64,000 nucleotides of DNA. Origin: an uncultured Dehalococcoidia bacterium (GTDB lineage Bacteria; Chloroflexota; Dehalococcoidia; Lucifugimonadales; Australimonadaceae). The notes beneath the pieces were generated by a model. It did not search any database and was not told where the DNA came from. It saw nothing but the letters and a program-made list of their open reading frames with translations. The stretch lies in contig CALGTL010000162.1 of the NCBI GenBank assembly GCA_937901475.1, forward strand, positions 64,948-128,947, written 5' to 3'. A program made the translations under genes and the position numbers. Shown in pieces: positions 26,295 to 36,648 of this stretch (positions are counted from its first letter, which is position 1; every line of letters begins with the position of its first letter).

Positions 26295-27335
26295 CTAGGC
26301 TTCCAACCCGAAATTGCCTCTCCATACCATCTCGATCCGTGCCATATTTGCCTCAGACAAAGGACCGCGGCCAGAGGCGGCTGAATTCTCCACAACCTGC
26401 AGAGCATCCGAAAAGCCACCCAGCACTGATGACACTCCCTCTAGTGACAGCACGTAGCGGAGTGCCGCCTGGGCCAAATCGTGGTCGTCTTCCTGAGTAT
26501 CTGGATGTAGGTTTTTCGACAGAAAAGCAAACTGCCGCGCTTGGTGACGCCCGAGCGCACCAGATTCAGGCGTACGCACGCCATACCCCATCGGGTGCGG
26601 GTCACCACCTGACGCACCATCATCGCTCAAGTACCAGCTGGCCAACGGGCTATATACCGCTGCCCCAACACCATGAGCATTTGCGTATCCCAGGATTCCG
26701 CCCCAGTCTTGATTGACCCTCATGCCGTTCGGCAACCCCGCCGCTGACGGATTGATTAGATTCACAGACACATTAATGAGATTGAACATCCCCGTGTCTA
26801 TCAGTTGCCGCGCTGCATCCGCATCATTCCCTCGTGTAATAAAACCTATGAAGCGCGCCTTTCCCGCAGCCTGAACTCGCTGCAACCCTTCAAGTGCTCC
26901 TCCGGGGCGCAAGTAGTCCTCAATCGACAGATGGGTGTACGAGCGGCCTTCCAGCTTAGGAGTGTGCATCACCGGACCGTTGTGAATCTGGACAAAGTCC
27001 ACGTAGTCCACACCGAGACGCTTCAAACTCTCATCAAGTCCGCGTTCCACGTGGCCAGCGATATCCCCGAGGTTCTCCTCGCGCACCTCAACTTTCGTCG
27101 TGATGTAGGGGCGCACGCCCAGCTGCTTCAGAGCTCACCCTAGGTTGAGTTCTGAAGTTCCATTGCCATAATCAGGCGCTTGGTCGAAATAGTTGATTCC
27201 AAGCTCTAATGCCCGTTCAATTGCCACAAGCTGCTGCTCAGCCGTCCCGCTGACCATTAGCCCAGCGTTCCCGCCGCCGCCGAATGCAATCTCTGAAACA
27301 CGAATCCCTGTATTACCAATCTCGCGATACTGCAC
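26295..27335 (-). pseudogene. Aldo/keto reductase interrupted by a single in-frame TGA (nonsense pseudogene or recoded gene)
   Basis: GTG 27335 (GAGGAG 5 nt upstream) opens MQYREIGNTGIRVSEIAFGG...NYFDQAPDYGNGTSELNLG-TGA-ALKQLGVRPYITTKV... The frame continues into ORF 26295..27116 (GVDYVDFVQIHN and later). TGA at 27137..27135. The total of 346 codons is a typical AKR length. Confidence 0.6.
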
Positions 27336-27418
27336 GGTAGCTCCTCAAAACGACTCTTCAACCGGAAGCTTACACGCTTCCGAGTCCTGCTGGGCTGGTC
27401 GCCAGAAATAAGCTGTCT

Positions 27419-28261
27419 CTACTTCTCGCCCGCGCCCGCGCGCGAGAACCGTAACCTCGGCAAGCGTAGCCTGCCATCGACGCCTACGTCACGGCGCACG
27501 AAGAATAAAACGTTCGCTGTCGCCAGCAGCACGACCGCCGTCAGGGAAAAACCAAGGTACCCCCACGATACATCCCCACTGAGTGCCTCTGCTCCCTGGA
27601 AGTACGAAGTAATGTACAAAGGGCGGATCTCCACGAGCGCTTGGCTCAGGCCGGAAAGCGCATCGAGCATATAGGAAGCCACAAGTACCCCTGCAAGAAT
27701 GGTACCCCCCGCGAGGCGACTGGCAAACAATTGCGCAACCAATGAGGCAGCGAGCGCAACCATCATCTCGAACGGCAAAAGCAACAAAAAAGCATTGCCG
27801 AATCGCCCAAATGAGTCCACCTCGCCGATTAAAATCGCCGGGATAACAAATCCTAAAGCGGTAATGCCAATCATTAGGACCAGGGCCGCGGTGAACGCAC
27901 TAAACTTTACGATCAGCAATCGAAAGCGTGTTATTGGCTGCGAAAGCAGCAGGTCCATCGTTCCATTCGTCTCTTCCCCTACTATCAACGACCCTCCCGA
28001 AAGAATCGCAAAGACAGCAAACGCAAGTGGTGCGCGACTAAAGAATTCAAGGCTGAGGAATCCCTCAATCGTGCCGGTGTCCGCTTCCCCGATGAATCCT
28101 GCCCAGGCCTCCGGGAGCCCATCAATAAGTGGCCCGTAGAGTTCAGCGAGGCTAGGGAACATAAACACCGTCAGAGCTAACATCGCTCCCATGCCAAGTC
28201 CCCAGCTCAGCACTTGCACGCGTAGGTCTCTCATAGATTTCCTAAACAGTGGGTCAAGCAT
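27419..28261 (-). CDS. ABC-2 type exporter permease
   Basis: Six hydrophobic segments. Start ATG 28261 overlaps the ATPase stop (ATGCTTGA). N-terminus MLDPLFRKSMRDLRVQVLSW is typical of ABC-2 permeases. Confidence 0.7.
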   Translation of the reverse strand: MLDPLFRKSMRDLRVQVLSWGLGMGAMLALTVFMFPSLAELYGPLIDGLPEAWAGFIGEADTGTIEGFLSLEFFSRAPLAFAVFAILSGGSLIVGEETNGTMDLLLSQPITRFRLLIVKFSAFTAALVLMIGITALGFVIPAILIGEVDSFGRFGNAFLLLLPFEMMVALAASLVAQLFASRLAGGTILAGVLVASYMLDALSGLSQALVEIRPLYITSYFQGAEALSGDVSWGYLGFSLTAVVLLATANVLFFVRRDVGVDGRLRLPRLRFSRAGAGEK

Positions 28262-29219
28262 AAAAACCTTCTCGTGCGTCCGTGCCATGCTCGTAAAGGG
28301 CCATGAATTCCTCTTCCAAGGAAAGCTGACCACTCTCCATCGCCACCACTCGATGCTCCGCCGCAGATTTGATTACCCCATCTAACTCACCGGACACCTC
28401 CAGGTGCACTTCTCGCCCTGCGTTGCTCCTGAATGTTTCCTTGACTCCATTAAGTCCCATAAATATATCGAGCGGCGGAGGCTCTTTGAATTCAATTCTC
28501 AGCATGGTCAACCGCTTCGACACGAGGTCCTCAATGCGCTTCACCTCAATCAACTTGCCGTTGCGAATCATACCGACACGGTCGCAGATACGCTCCACTT
28601 CTGTGAGGTTGTGCGAAGAGAAAAACACTGTCGATCCTTGTTCGCGTGCCTCGCGCAATATCTCAAGCACTTCGCGCTGTACTAGTGGGTCAAGCGAGTT
28701 AGTTGGTTCATCGAGGATAATCAACTCCGCCCGAGCCATCACCGCTAAAACTATCCCCACCTTTTGTTTATTCCCCTGCGAGAGCTCACGATTGCGGAGA
28801 TTGACATCTAGGCTGAGACGCTCACAGAGTTCGGCCACGTACGTCTCACTCACGCAACCGGGCCGCAGCGCGCTAAAGAGATCAATCGAGGCACGCACCG
28901 TCAGGTTCGGGTAAACCGTCAAGTCCCCTGGAAGGTACCCGGTCCGCGAGCGCACCTCTAGCGAACCGTCTTTGCTGTCCACGCCGAAAATCCTTACGCG
29001 CCCCGAAGTCGGACGCAGCAAATCAAGCATTAATCTGAGCGTCGTAGACTTCCCTGCTCCATTCGGCCCCAGGAATCCAAATATCTCGCCGCGTGGCACT
29101 GTCAGCGTCAGCGAGTCCAATGCCAAAACGCCGGACCCATAACTCTTCGACAGTTGCTCAAATATGATTGCCGGGACATCATCTAGAATGCGCTCTTGCG
29201 CAAACTTAGCCGTTGCCAT
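28254..29219 (-). CDS. ABC transporter ATP-binding protein (ABC-2/DrrA-like)
   Basis: Walker A GFLGPNGAGKSTT, signature LSQGNKQKVGI, Walker B LIILDEPTNSLD, H-loop FFSSHN. Confidence 0.9.
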   Translation of the reverse strand: MATAKFAQERILDDVPAIIFEQLSKSYGSGVLALDSLTLTVPRGEIFGFLGPNGAGKSTTLRLMLDLLRPTSGRVRIFGVDSKDGSLEVRSRTGYLPGDLTVYPNLTVRASIDLFSALRPGCVSETYVAELCERLSLDVNLRNRELSQGNKQKVGIVLAVMARAELIILDEPTNSLDPLVQREVLEILREAREQGSTVFFSSHNLTEVERICDRVGMIRNGKLIEVKRIEDLVSKRLTMLRIEFKEPPPLDIFMGLNGVKETFRSNAGREVHLEVSGELDGVIKSAAEHRVVAMESGQLSLEEEFMALYEHGTDAREGFYA

Positions 29220-29456
29220 ATGAACCTCCCTCGAATGTTTGCCAGCCCAGGCTTATGATGACCCCTCGCGATCAGAAAGCGCTATACAGTAGACAGTCAT
29301 TCTCACAACTATTTCTTCTGGGGCAGCCAGGTAGCGGGCAGCCTTTATGCGATTCCCACCTCCGTTATGAACGCAAACTTGTTCATTAGAACCGTGCGAG
29401 CGTCATCTTCTTGGGTCAACAACCTTGCCCCAATTCGCGACTAGGAAAGCAGAAAC

Positions 29457-30224
29457 ATGAACACTTGGAACCCCACACAGTACCTACGGTTCGGTAACCA
29501 ACGTCTACGCCCTGCTCTCGATCTACTAGCGCGCGTACCTCTGGATGCCCCGCGCAACGTTTACGACCTCGGTTGCGGTCCTGGCACTGCCACCGTGCAC
29601 ATCAAAGCGCGCTGGCCCGAAGCCAGCATCACAGGAGTGGACGGCTCGATACCCATGCTCGATCGCGCTCGTGAAGAATATCCCGACATCAACTGGCAGC
29701 ACGGTGACTTACGTGAGTGGCAGCCGAGCACAACGCCAGACCTACTCTATTCCAACGCTGCGTTGCACTGGCTTGGCGAGCACGATAAATTGTTCCCTCG
29801 CCTCGCGAACCTGCTCACAGAAGGCGGAGTGCTTGCGGTTCAGATGCCTCGCAACTTCGGTGAACCATCCCACACCACAATCTTCGATACCATCCGTGCT
29901 CACGGCTGGCGGGAACGCCTCCTACCGCTCCTCAACGAAACCCCAACTCAACCGCCAGCCTTCTACTACGACCTTCTAAGGCCCATGTTCTCAAATCTCG
30001 ATGTTTGGGAAACGCAGTACTATCAAGCTATGGAAGGGGATCGCCCCGTCGTCGAATTCACCAAAGGCAGTTTCCTACGCCCGATACTCGACACTCTCAG
30101 TGAAGAAGAAGCGTCTGCGTTCCTAAACGAATACTCCGAACGAGTAGGCCCCTCCTACCCACGTCGCGCTGATGGCACCACGCTGCTACCTTTTCGGCGA
30201 TTATTTCTCATAGCAACAAAATAG
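29457..30224 (+). CDS. tam: Trans-aconitate 2-methyltransferase-like SAM methyltransferase
   Basis: WNPTQYLRFGNQRLRPALDLLARVP N-terminus, motif I VYDLGCGPGT, and LLYSNAALHWL. 255 aa. Confidence 0.8.
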   Translation: MNTWNPTQYLRFGNQRLRPALDLLARVPLDAPRNVYDLGCGPGTATVHIKARWPEASITGVDGSIPMLDRAREEYPDINWQHGDLREWQPSTTPDLLYSNAALHWLGEHDKLFPRLANLLTEGGVLAVQMPRNFGEPSHTTIFDTIRAHGWRERLLPLLNETPTQPPAFYYDLLRPMFSNLDVWETQYYQAMEGDRPVVEFTKGSFLRPILDTLSEEEASAFLNEYSERVGPSYPRRADGTTLLPFRRLFLIATK

Positions 30225-30237
30225 TACTTGCAACAAA

Positions 30238-30274
30238 GCAAGGGCGAGGCATGAATGCCTCGCCCTTGCTTTAA
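30238..30274 (+). terminator. Intrinsic terminator after tam
   Basis: GCAAGGGCGAGGCA-tgaa-TGCCTCGCCCTTGC (14 bp) followed by TTTAA. Confidence 0.6.
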
Positions 30275-30282
30275 CAATCGAC

Positions 30283-30356
30283 TGGCTGGGGATAATGGAT
30301 TCGAACCATTGTTGCCTGATCCAGAGTCAGGAGGCCTACCGCTAGCCGAATCCCCA
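30283..30356 (-). tRNA. tRNA-Gln (anticodon CUG), CCA encoded
   Basis: TGGGGAT-TC-GGCTAGCGGTAGGCC-T-CCTGA-CTCTGGA-TCAGG-CAAC-AATGGTTCGAATCCATT-ATCCCCA-G-CCA. The U1-A72 pair is typical of bacterial tRNA-Gln. Confidence 0.9.
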
Positions 30357-30398
30357 GTGCGCCCTTAATCCTAGCAAAACGCCCAAGTGCTCGCCAAG

Positions 30399-30683
30399 CT
30401 AAACGCCTTCAACTAGGGTGAGCCTCCCCGTACTATTCGCCTTCCGTAACCCGACAATATGTTGATACTCCGGTGAGTTGTACCAGCGCTTAGCCGCAGC
30501 CACGTCCTCGAATTGCAAAATCACCATACGGCCAGCTGATTCACCTTCGATTGCCTCAATCTCACCACCGCGCACAATGTAGTTCCCTCCGTACTTCTCA
30601 AGCGTCGCCGGAACCTGCCTTCGATAGGCTTCATAGCCTTCAGGATTGGTCACTTCTAACTCTGCGATTACATATGCAGCCAT
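30399..30683 (-). CDS. DUF1330 family protein
   Basis: 94 aa. MAAYVIAELEVTNPEGYEAYRRQVPATLEKYGGNYIVRGG...WYNSPEYQ matches the DUF1330 pattern. AGAGGAG SD. Confidence 0.75.
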   Translation of the reverse strand: MAAYVIAELEVTNPEGYEAYRRQVPATLEKYGGNYIVRGGEIEAIEGESAGRMVILQFEDVAAAKRWYNSPEYQHIVGLRKANSTGRLTLVEGV

Positions 30684-30834
30684 GACTTACTCCTCTTGAG
30701 GTCGGTGTTTTAACGAAGGCTATCAAAGCAGAGTGTTGTGACCACCACCAAAGCGGTCAATCGACCTTCACGACTGAAGGCGAAGTCCGTGCGACCGGAG
30801 CGCGAACCTCAGGGGGAAAAAGACTATTCGGGGT

Positions 30835-32310
30835 TCAACGAGCGCGGGCAGCAGCCTGCAGGCGAGCAATCACACGCTCTCGCCCAAGCACTGACATCAT
30901 GTCGAAGAGAGGAGGAGTAGCCGTCCGACCGCTGATTGCCGTCCGGATAGTGCCAAAAAGCTGCCCCGCCTTCAGTCCAGTCTCCTCAACCAGCGCACGA
31001 TACGCCACCTCAAGCCCATCCGTAGACCAGTCAGAAGCAGCCTCGGCTACTGCCAACGCTTGCTCAGCCGCGGCGCGGGCACCATCTGCATCCATGCCCT
31101 TCTGTATAAGCAGCGCCTGGTCATACTCGAGGTCATCAGTGAAGAAGAATTCGAACATCTCTGGTGCTTCGGACAAGCGCTTCAAGCGCTCGCGCTCCAG
31201 CGGCACGATAGCGGTTAGGTACTCACGGTCAATGGGCCGTGCAACGCTTGCAGGAAGCCCGGTGACATCCGCCTCCAAGTACGGGATCAACTGCTCGGAC
31301 AATGTCTTCGGATCCATGTCTCGGATGTACATCCCGTTGTACCACTCCAGCTTGTCCTTATCGAAGACCGCCGGACTGGCATGGATACGTTCCAGTGTGA
31401 AGTAGGTAAGGAGTTGTTCTCTTGACAATATCTCTGATGAATCGTCGAGCGACCAACCCATCATTGCTAAGAAGTTCAGCATCGCCGACGACAAGTAGCC
31501 TTGGTCTCGGTAGTAGATAACCGATGTCGCCCCGTGGCGCTTCGAGAGTTTAGATCGATCAGGCCCTAGGATGATTGGCAGGTGTACCAACTCTGGCATC
31601 GCAAAACCAAACGCTTCGTACAGCTTCTTGTGGCGCGGAGCCGAAGGCAACCACTCCTCCGCTCGCATAACATGAGTGATTTTCATGAGGTGGTCATCCA
31701 CAACATTTGCGAGGTGATAGGTGGGGAAAGAGTCAGATTTGAGAATCACAAAGTCATCGAGCAATGCACTGTCGAACTTCACTTCACCGCGCACAACGTC
31801 GTCAATCACGATGTCACCGTCAGTCGGCATCTTGAAGCGGACCACCGGCGAAGGGCTTTGCTTCAGGAACTCGGCCCGCTCTTTCTCCGTAAGGTCACGA
31901 CAATGCCTGTCGTAGCCTGGTGACTTACTTGCGGCTTGCTGCGCTTGGCGCATCGCGGCCAGCCGCTCAGGCGAACAATAGCACTGGTAAGCGAAATCGT
32001 TCTCTATCAGCCAGTCTGTGTGCTCTTGATAGATCCCCAAAGCTTGGCGCTCCGACTGTATGTATGGGCCGTACTCCCCCTCCATCCCCGGGCCTTCATC
32101 CCAGTCCAGGCCCAGCCAACGCAGCGCATCAAGGATAGAGTCCTGTGCCCCTTCCACAAGCCGTGCACGATCTGTGTCCTCGATTCGCACAATGAACTGG
32201 CCACCGGAAGCACGAGCGTAAAGCCAATTGAACAACGCGGAGCGAATGTTGCCGAGGTGAGGTTCCCCGGTGGGGCTAGGTGCGTAACGAACGCGAACGT
32301 GATTAATCAT
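30835..32310 (-). CDS. gltX: Glutamate--tRNA ligase
   Basis: VRYAPSPTGEPHLGNIRSALFNW (HIGH region), KLSKRHG (KMSKS), and the C-terminal anticodon-binding domain. 491 aa. Confidence 0.93.
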   Translation of the reverse strand: MINHVRVRYAPSPTGEPHLGNIRSALFNWLYARASGGQFIVRIEDTDRARLVEGAQDSILDALRWLGLDWDEGPGMEGEYGPYIQSERQALGIYQEHTDWLIENDFAYQCYCSPERLAAMRQAQQAASKSPGYDRHCRDLTEKERAEFLKQSPSPVVRFKMPTDGDIVIDDVVRGEVKFDSALLDDFVILKSDSFPTYHLANVVDDHLMKITHVMRAEEWLPSAPRHKKLYEAFGFAMPELVHLPIILGPDRSKLSKRHGATSVIYYRDQGYLSSAMLNFLAMMGWSLDDSSEILSREQLLTYFTLERIHASPAVFDKDKLEWYNGMYIRDMDPKTLSEQLIPYLEADVTGLPASVARPIDREYLTAIVPLERERLKRLSEAPEMFEFFFTDDLEYDQALLIQKGMDADGARAAAEQALAVAEAASDWSTDGLEVAYRALVEETGLKAGQLFGTIRTAISGRTATPPLFDMMSVLGRERVIARLQAAARAR

Positions 32311-32534
32311 GCACTCATGTTATAGGCGTGCTCAATAGCCCGGAAGGGGGATTACCAAACAACACGGCCCTGAACCATAGTGCCAATCTCTCCCTATACG
32401 CCGCCCGAACACAGCCCGGCGTAATCGAAGCAAAGAGAAATATCTGAGAAGAATATCCACCTAAAGCTCTACAGTCGCCATCTTCGGCTTCCGTGTCTTC
32501 GCATGCTGCTCACCAATACTAGGAAAACCCAACT

Positions 32535-33446
32535 CTAGATCGCGTCTAACGCGGCCTGCAGGTCCGCTGGCAAGGCGGCCTCACACTCACGCCATTCCTG
32601 TTCATCAGGAGGCACATAAAAGCCTAGGCGCGTTGCATGCAAAAAATGACGCCCCACCAACGGTGAAGCCTTCCCGTACACCGCATCCCCGACCAGCGGG
32701 TGCCCAAGTGATGTGAGGTGCACTCGTATTTGATGCGTGCGTCCCGTCACCGGTTGCGCCTCCACCAATGTGAATCCATCAAAGCGGTGTACCACACTGT
32801 AATTCGTCTGCGAAGCACGTCCGCCTTCGATTATTGCCATGCGCTTACGGTGTTTCAGGTGACGACCTATCGGTCCGTCTATCGTTCCTGAGTCCTGTTT
32901 CAACGAACCCACCACCAGCGCCAAGTACGTCTTGCGCACCCTGCGCTCCTTGAGTTGCTTTGAAAGACAACGGTGAGCTGCATCGTCCTTAGCCACCATC
33001 ATCAGACCCGACGTGTCCTTGTCCAAGCGATGAACTATTCCAGGGCGCATCTCCCCACCGATCCCTGAAAGATCAGAAACCAACGCCATCAACGCGTTCA
33101 CGAGTGTTCCATCAGGATGACCAGGAGCGGGATGCACCGTAAGACCAGCTGGCTTATCTATCACCAGCATATGTTCGTCCTGGTATACGATTTGAATAGG
33201 TATATCTTGCGCAACAAGACCAATCGCGATAGGCGGTGGCACGATCACTTCTACGCTATCACCGTGGTGAACCGCGCTTGATGGCTTAACTTTTACGCCA
33301 TTCACCATCACACAGCCTTCGCGGATTAGCGCAGCTCCTCGGCTGCGACTAAGTTCAGGGCAGCGCATCTGCACGAAGCGGTCGACCCGCTCACCATTGT
33401 CCGTTGACGCAACGTCGAATGTGCGATTAGGCGGGCTGGTCGTCAT
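32535..33446 (-). CDS. rluD: RluA-family 23S rRNA pseudouridine synthase (RluD-like)
   Basis: N-terminal S4-like domain and catalytic motif HRLDKDTSGLMMVAKD. Conserved lspA-rluD arrangement. Confidence 0.85.
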   Translation of the reverse strand: MTTSPPNRTFDVASTDNGERVDRFVQMRCPELSRSRGAALIREGCVMVNGVKVKPSSAVHHGDSVEVIVPPPIAIGLVAQDIPIQIVYQDEHMLVIDKPAGLTVHPAPGHPDGTLVNALMALVSDLSGIGGEMRPGIVHRLDKDTSGLMMVAKDDAAHRCLSKQLKERRVRKTYLALVVGSLKQDSGTIDGPIGRHLKHRKRMAIIEGGRASQTNYSVVHRFDGFTLVEAQPVTGRTHQIRVHLTSLGHPLVGDAVYGKASPLVGRHFLHATRLGFYVPPDEQEWRECEAALPADLQAALDAI

Positions 33447-33960
33447 CGGGCGCCTCTGCGTCCTCTGCTCTGAGGCTCACGAGTTGCTTCTCTTCAGCAG
33501 GTGCCCCCTGGTCAATCAGCAGCACGCTCACCGCCAACGCAACCAGCCCTACAGAGATAGAGGAATCTGCAATATTGAATATCCAGAACGGACCGACATC
33601 AAAGAAATCCACCACATGGTCGCGGAGCACGCGGTCCGTCAAATTACCTAGCGCTCCAGCAATCATCAGGCCTATGCTAATTTTAATCAGCAATCCAGGG
33701 TTTGGTTGCGAACGATAGAAATACGTCAAAACGAAGAGGCCCAGAACGGCGCCACCTATCAGAACTGAATTCTGGCCTTCGAAAAGCCCAAATGCGGAGC
33801 CAGTATTACCGATGTGCGTGAATCGAAAGAAGCCCGAATCGGGCCAAGACGTTCCACGCGGCAGCTGTGCCACAATAATCGCCTTAGTAACCTGATCCAG
33901 AACGAACACGGTCAAAGCGACAGCGAGCAGCGAACGGTTACGAGAAAGAAAACTCCACAT
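33427..33960 (-). CDS. lspA: Lipoprotein signal peptidase II
   Basis: From ATG 33960: MWSFLSRNRSLLAVALTVFVLDQVTK, NTGSAFG, FNIADSSISVG. Acidic C-terminal extension. 20-nt overlap with rluD. Confidence 0.8.
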   Translation of the reverse strand: MWSFLSRNRSLLAVALTVFVLDQVTKAIIVAQLPRGTSWPDSGFFRFTHIGNTGSAFGLFEGQNSVLIGGAVLGLFVLTYFYRSQPNPGLLIKISIGLMIAGALGNLTDRVLRDHVVDFFDVGPFWIFNIADSSISVGLVALAVSVLLIDQGAPAEEKQLVSLRAEDAEAPDDDQPA

Positions 33961-34053
33961 CGCTTTCGATTCTACTAGAATCTTCAGACAAGACGCGCCG
34001 TTTGGCTTTGCCAAATCCAACCACTTGCCTCTATCACCCAAGGAGATATCCCC

Positions 34054-35100
34054 ATGGCCACTGTCCCCGACGTCATCGACCTTCGCAGTGACACTTTTAC
34101 CCAGCCCACGCCAGAAATGCGCAAAGCGATGGCTGAAGCTCCTGTGGGTGATGACGTCTACGGTGAAGATCCCACCGTCAACAAGCTTGAAGCCATCGCA
34201 GCAGAGCGGCTTGGCAAAGAGGCTGGCCTTTTCGTAAGTAGTGGATCCATGGGCAACCTAGTAGCAGCCCTTGCTTGGTGCGAACGCAGCGATGAAGCCT
34301 ACATGGGTGCCGACGCGCACCTGCTCGTCAACGAGATGGGTGCCATCCCCGCCTTCGGTGGCGTGCAGATGCGCCCAATCCCCAACAACGACCGTGGACT
34401 GATTGATACGGACGCTTTCGAATCAACCATCTCCCCGGCCTCTGGTCTCTTTCCTCGCCCTCGATTACTCTGCCTGGAGAATACCCATAACCGTGGCAAC
34501 GGTGCTGCCCTCAGCGTTGAGCAAATGCAACCCATCGTCGATATAGCCCGTAACCATGACATGGTTATCCACATCGACGGAGCTCGGATCTGGAATGCCG
34601 CGGTCGCCCTGAGTGTTCCCGCAGCCGATCTTGCTTCTGTCGCAGACTCCCTTAGCTTCTGTCTTTCCAAAGGTTTATCATGCCCAGTCGGCTCCGTCCT
34701 CGTAGGCGATCGTGAGTTCATCGCCAAAGCGCGTCGCGTACGGAAGATGCTTGGTGGAGGCATGCGGCAAGCGGGGATCGTAGCAGCCGCAGGTCTGGTC
34801 GCCCTTGACACCATGATCGAGCGCCTCGCCGACGACCACTCCAACGCGCAGCAGCTGGCCAGAGGCCTCGCGAGCATCCCCGGTGTCGCAGTCGACCCCA
34901 CTGCCATTGAGACCAACATCGTCTACATGGAGGTCGGCGATGGCGATGGTGCAGAGCTCTCAGATGCGCTCAAGGAACGGGGGGTCCTCGCCAATGGTCG
35001 CTTCAACTGGGTCCGTTTCGTCACACGCAACGGGATTAGTTCTGAGGACGTTGACGAGGCGCTCGATGTAATCTCGACAGTCATGCGTACGGCTTCCTGA
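34054..35100 (+). CDS. ltaE: Low-specificity L-threonine aldolase (PLP-dependent, beta-eliminating lyase family)
   Basis: IDLRSDTFTQPTPEMRKAMAEAPVGDDVYGEDPTVNKLE, SGSMGN, and the PLP-lysine region FCLSKGLSCPVGS. AAGGAG SD. Confidence 0.8.
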   Translation: MATVPDVIDLRSDTFTQPTPEMRKAMAEAPVGDDVYGEDPTVNKLEAIAAERLGKEAGLFVSSGSMGNLVAALAWCERSDEAYMGADAHLLVNEMGAIPAFGGVQMRPIPNNDRGLIDTDAFESTISPASGLFPRPRLLCLENTHNRGNGAALSVEQMQPIVDIARNHDMVIHIDGARIWNAAVALSVPAADLASVADSLSFCLSKGLSCPVGSVLVGDREFIAKARRVRKMLGGGMRQAGIVAAAGLVALDTMIERLADDHSNAQQLARGLASIPGVAVDPTAIETNIVYMEVGDGDGAELSDALKERGVLANGRFNWVRFVTRNGISSEDVDEALDVISTVMRTAS

Positions 35101-35150
35101 CAACCCAGCTGAGCCGTGAAGTAGCCAAAACCGTATAGTGCACAGAACGA

Positions 35151-36524
35151 CTAGGTTTTAGCTTCGTGGTCACCGTTCCCCTTTGGAGCCTGCCACCACA
35201 CCTCAAGCCGCTCCTTCACAATTGATTCGTAACCCAGGTCTCCTGGCTCATAGAAGCGCTTATCGCCTAATTCTTGAGGCAGGTTCCTTTGCCTCGCAAA
35301 ATGCTCCTTGTAGTCATGTGCGTACTTGTATCCCTCGCCGTAACCAAACGACTTCATCAGCCCTGTCGCAGCATTTCTCAGGTGCAGAGGCACCGGCCAA
35401 TAGCGCCCGCTGCTTAACTCTTCACGTGCCCGGTTCAACGCCAAGTACGACGCATTACTCTTCGGTGCCGTCGCAAGGTAAATCGTTATCTCTGCCAGTG
35501 GAATCGCCCCTTCTGGCAATCCTATAAAGTGCAGCGCCTGCTGGGCTGCCATCGCCAAGGACAATGCTTGCGGATCGGCCATACCCACGTCCTCTGACGC
35601 CGAAATCACGATTCGACGTGCAATGAACATCGGGTCTTCACCAGCATCAAGCATCCGCGCGAGCCAGTAAATCGCCGCGTCAGGATCTGAGGCCCGAATC
35701 GACTTGATAAACGCCGAGATAGTATCGTAGTGAGAGTCTCCGCTCTTGTCATACATCGGCGAGCGACGTTGAAGAACCTCCTCCATCGTTGCCTGGTCCA
35801 AGTTCTTCACACCGCCGGAATCATGGGTTGTGACGGTCGCCGCAAGCTCGATCGCATTCAGTGCCACTCGAGCATCGCCCGCTGCAACCTCGAGCAGGAA
35901 CGCGCGCGCCTCTGGCTCAATCACAACATTCGAATGTCCCAGCCCGCGCTCGGTATCGGCGAGCGCGCGGTCAATCACCTCGGTTAGTTGCTCATCGGTT
36001 AACGGTTCCAGCTTCAACACGCGTGCACGAGAAAGCAATGGAGCAACAACCTCAAACGATGGATTCTCCGTCGTTGCTCCTATAAACACTACTGTTCCGT
36101 TCTCGACGTGAGGAAGAATGGCATCCTGTTGAGACTTGTTGAATCGATGCACTTCGTCAATAAATAGAATCGTGCCACGCTGGTTGTTGAGGAACTCTTC
36201 GCGGCCCTCTTCCACTGCATGGCGCAGATCAGCGACGCCTGATGTCACTGCCGATAAGGCGATGAAATGCGACTTCGTGAGGCCAGCGATAAGCCGTGCC
36301 AATGTCGTCTTCCCAACCCCCGGGGGGCCCCAGAGCACCATTGAAGGTACCCGGTCTTCCCGAATCGCCCTCTCTAGGATGTGCCCGGGCCCTAGAAGGT
36401 GCCGCTGCCCCGCATACTCCGCGAGCGTCTGAGGGCGCATGCGCGCCGCCAAGGGAGCGAATTCCCCTTCCATTTGCTTGCGAGCGTGCTCGAACAACGT
36501 TTGATCATCGCGTATACCCGGCAT
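35151..36524 (-). CDS. rarA: Replication-associated recombination protein A (RarA/MgsA)
   Basis: Walker A LWGPPGVGKTTLARLIA, Walker B ILFIDEVHRFNKSQQD, and the MgsA C-terminal domain (YWLARMLDAGEDP). ATG 36524 has GGGGAGG 6 nt upstream and is preferred over ATG 36563. Confidence 0.88.
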   Translation of the reverse strand: MPGIRDDQTLFEHARKQMEGEFAPLAARMRPQTLAEYAGQRHLLGPGHILERAIREDRVPSMVLWGPPGVGKTTLARLIAGLTKSHFIALSAVTSGVADLRHAVEEGREEFLNNQRGTILFIDEVHRFNKSQQDAILPHVENGTVVFIGATTENPSFEVVAPLLSRARVLKLEPLTDEQLTEVIDRALADTERGLGHSNVVIEPEARAFLLEVAAGDARVALNAIELAATVTTHDSGGVKNLDQATMEEVLQRRSPMYDKSGDSHYDTISAFIKSIRASDPDAAIYWLARMLDAGEDPMFIARRIVISASEDVGMADPQALSLAMAAQQALHFIGLPEGAIPLAEITIYLATAPKSNASYLALNRAREELSSGRYWPVPLHLRNAATGLMKSFGYGEGYKYAHDYKEHFARQRNLPQELGDKRFYEPGDLGYESIVKERLEVWWQAPKGNGDHEAKT

Positions 36525-36648
36525 GATTCGCCTCCCCAAAGCCCCGATAGACGAAGCATACACCGCGATAGCATACGAGTTTTTTAATCTTAATCACGGT
36601 CAAAAGTGAATCGTACAAGAGGACTATTCATGGTTCGTGAGCGTCAGC

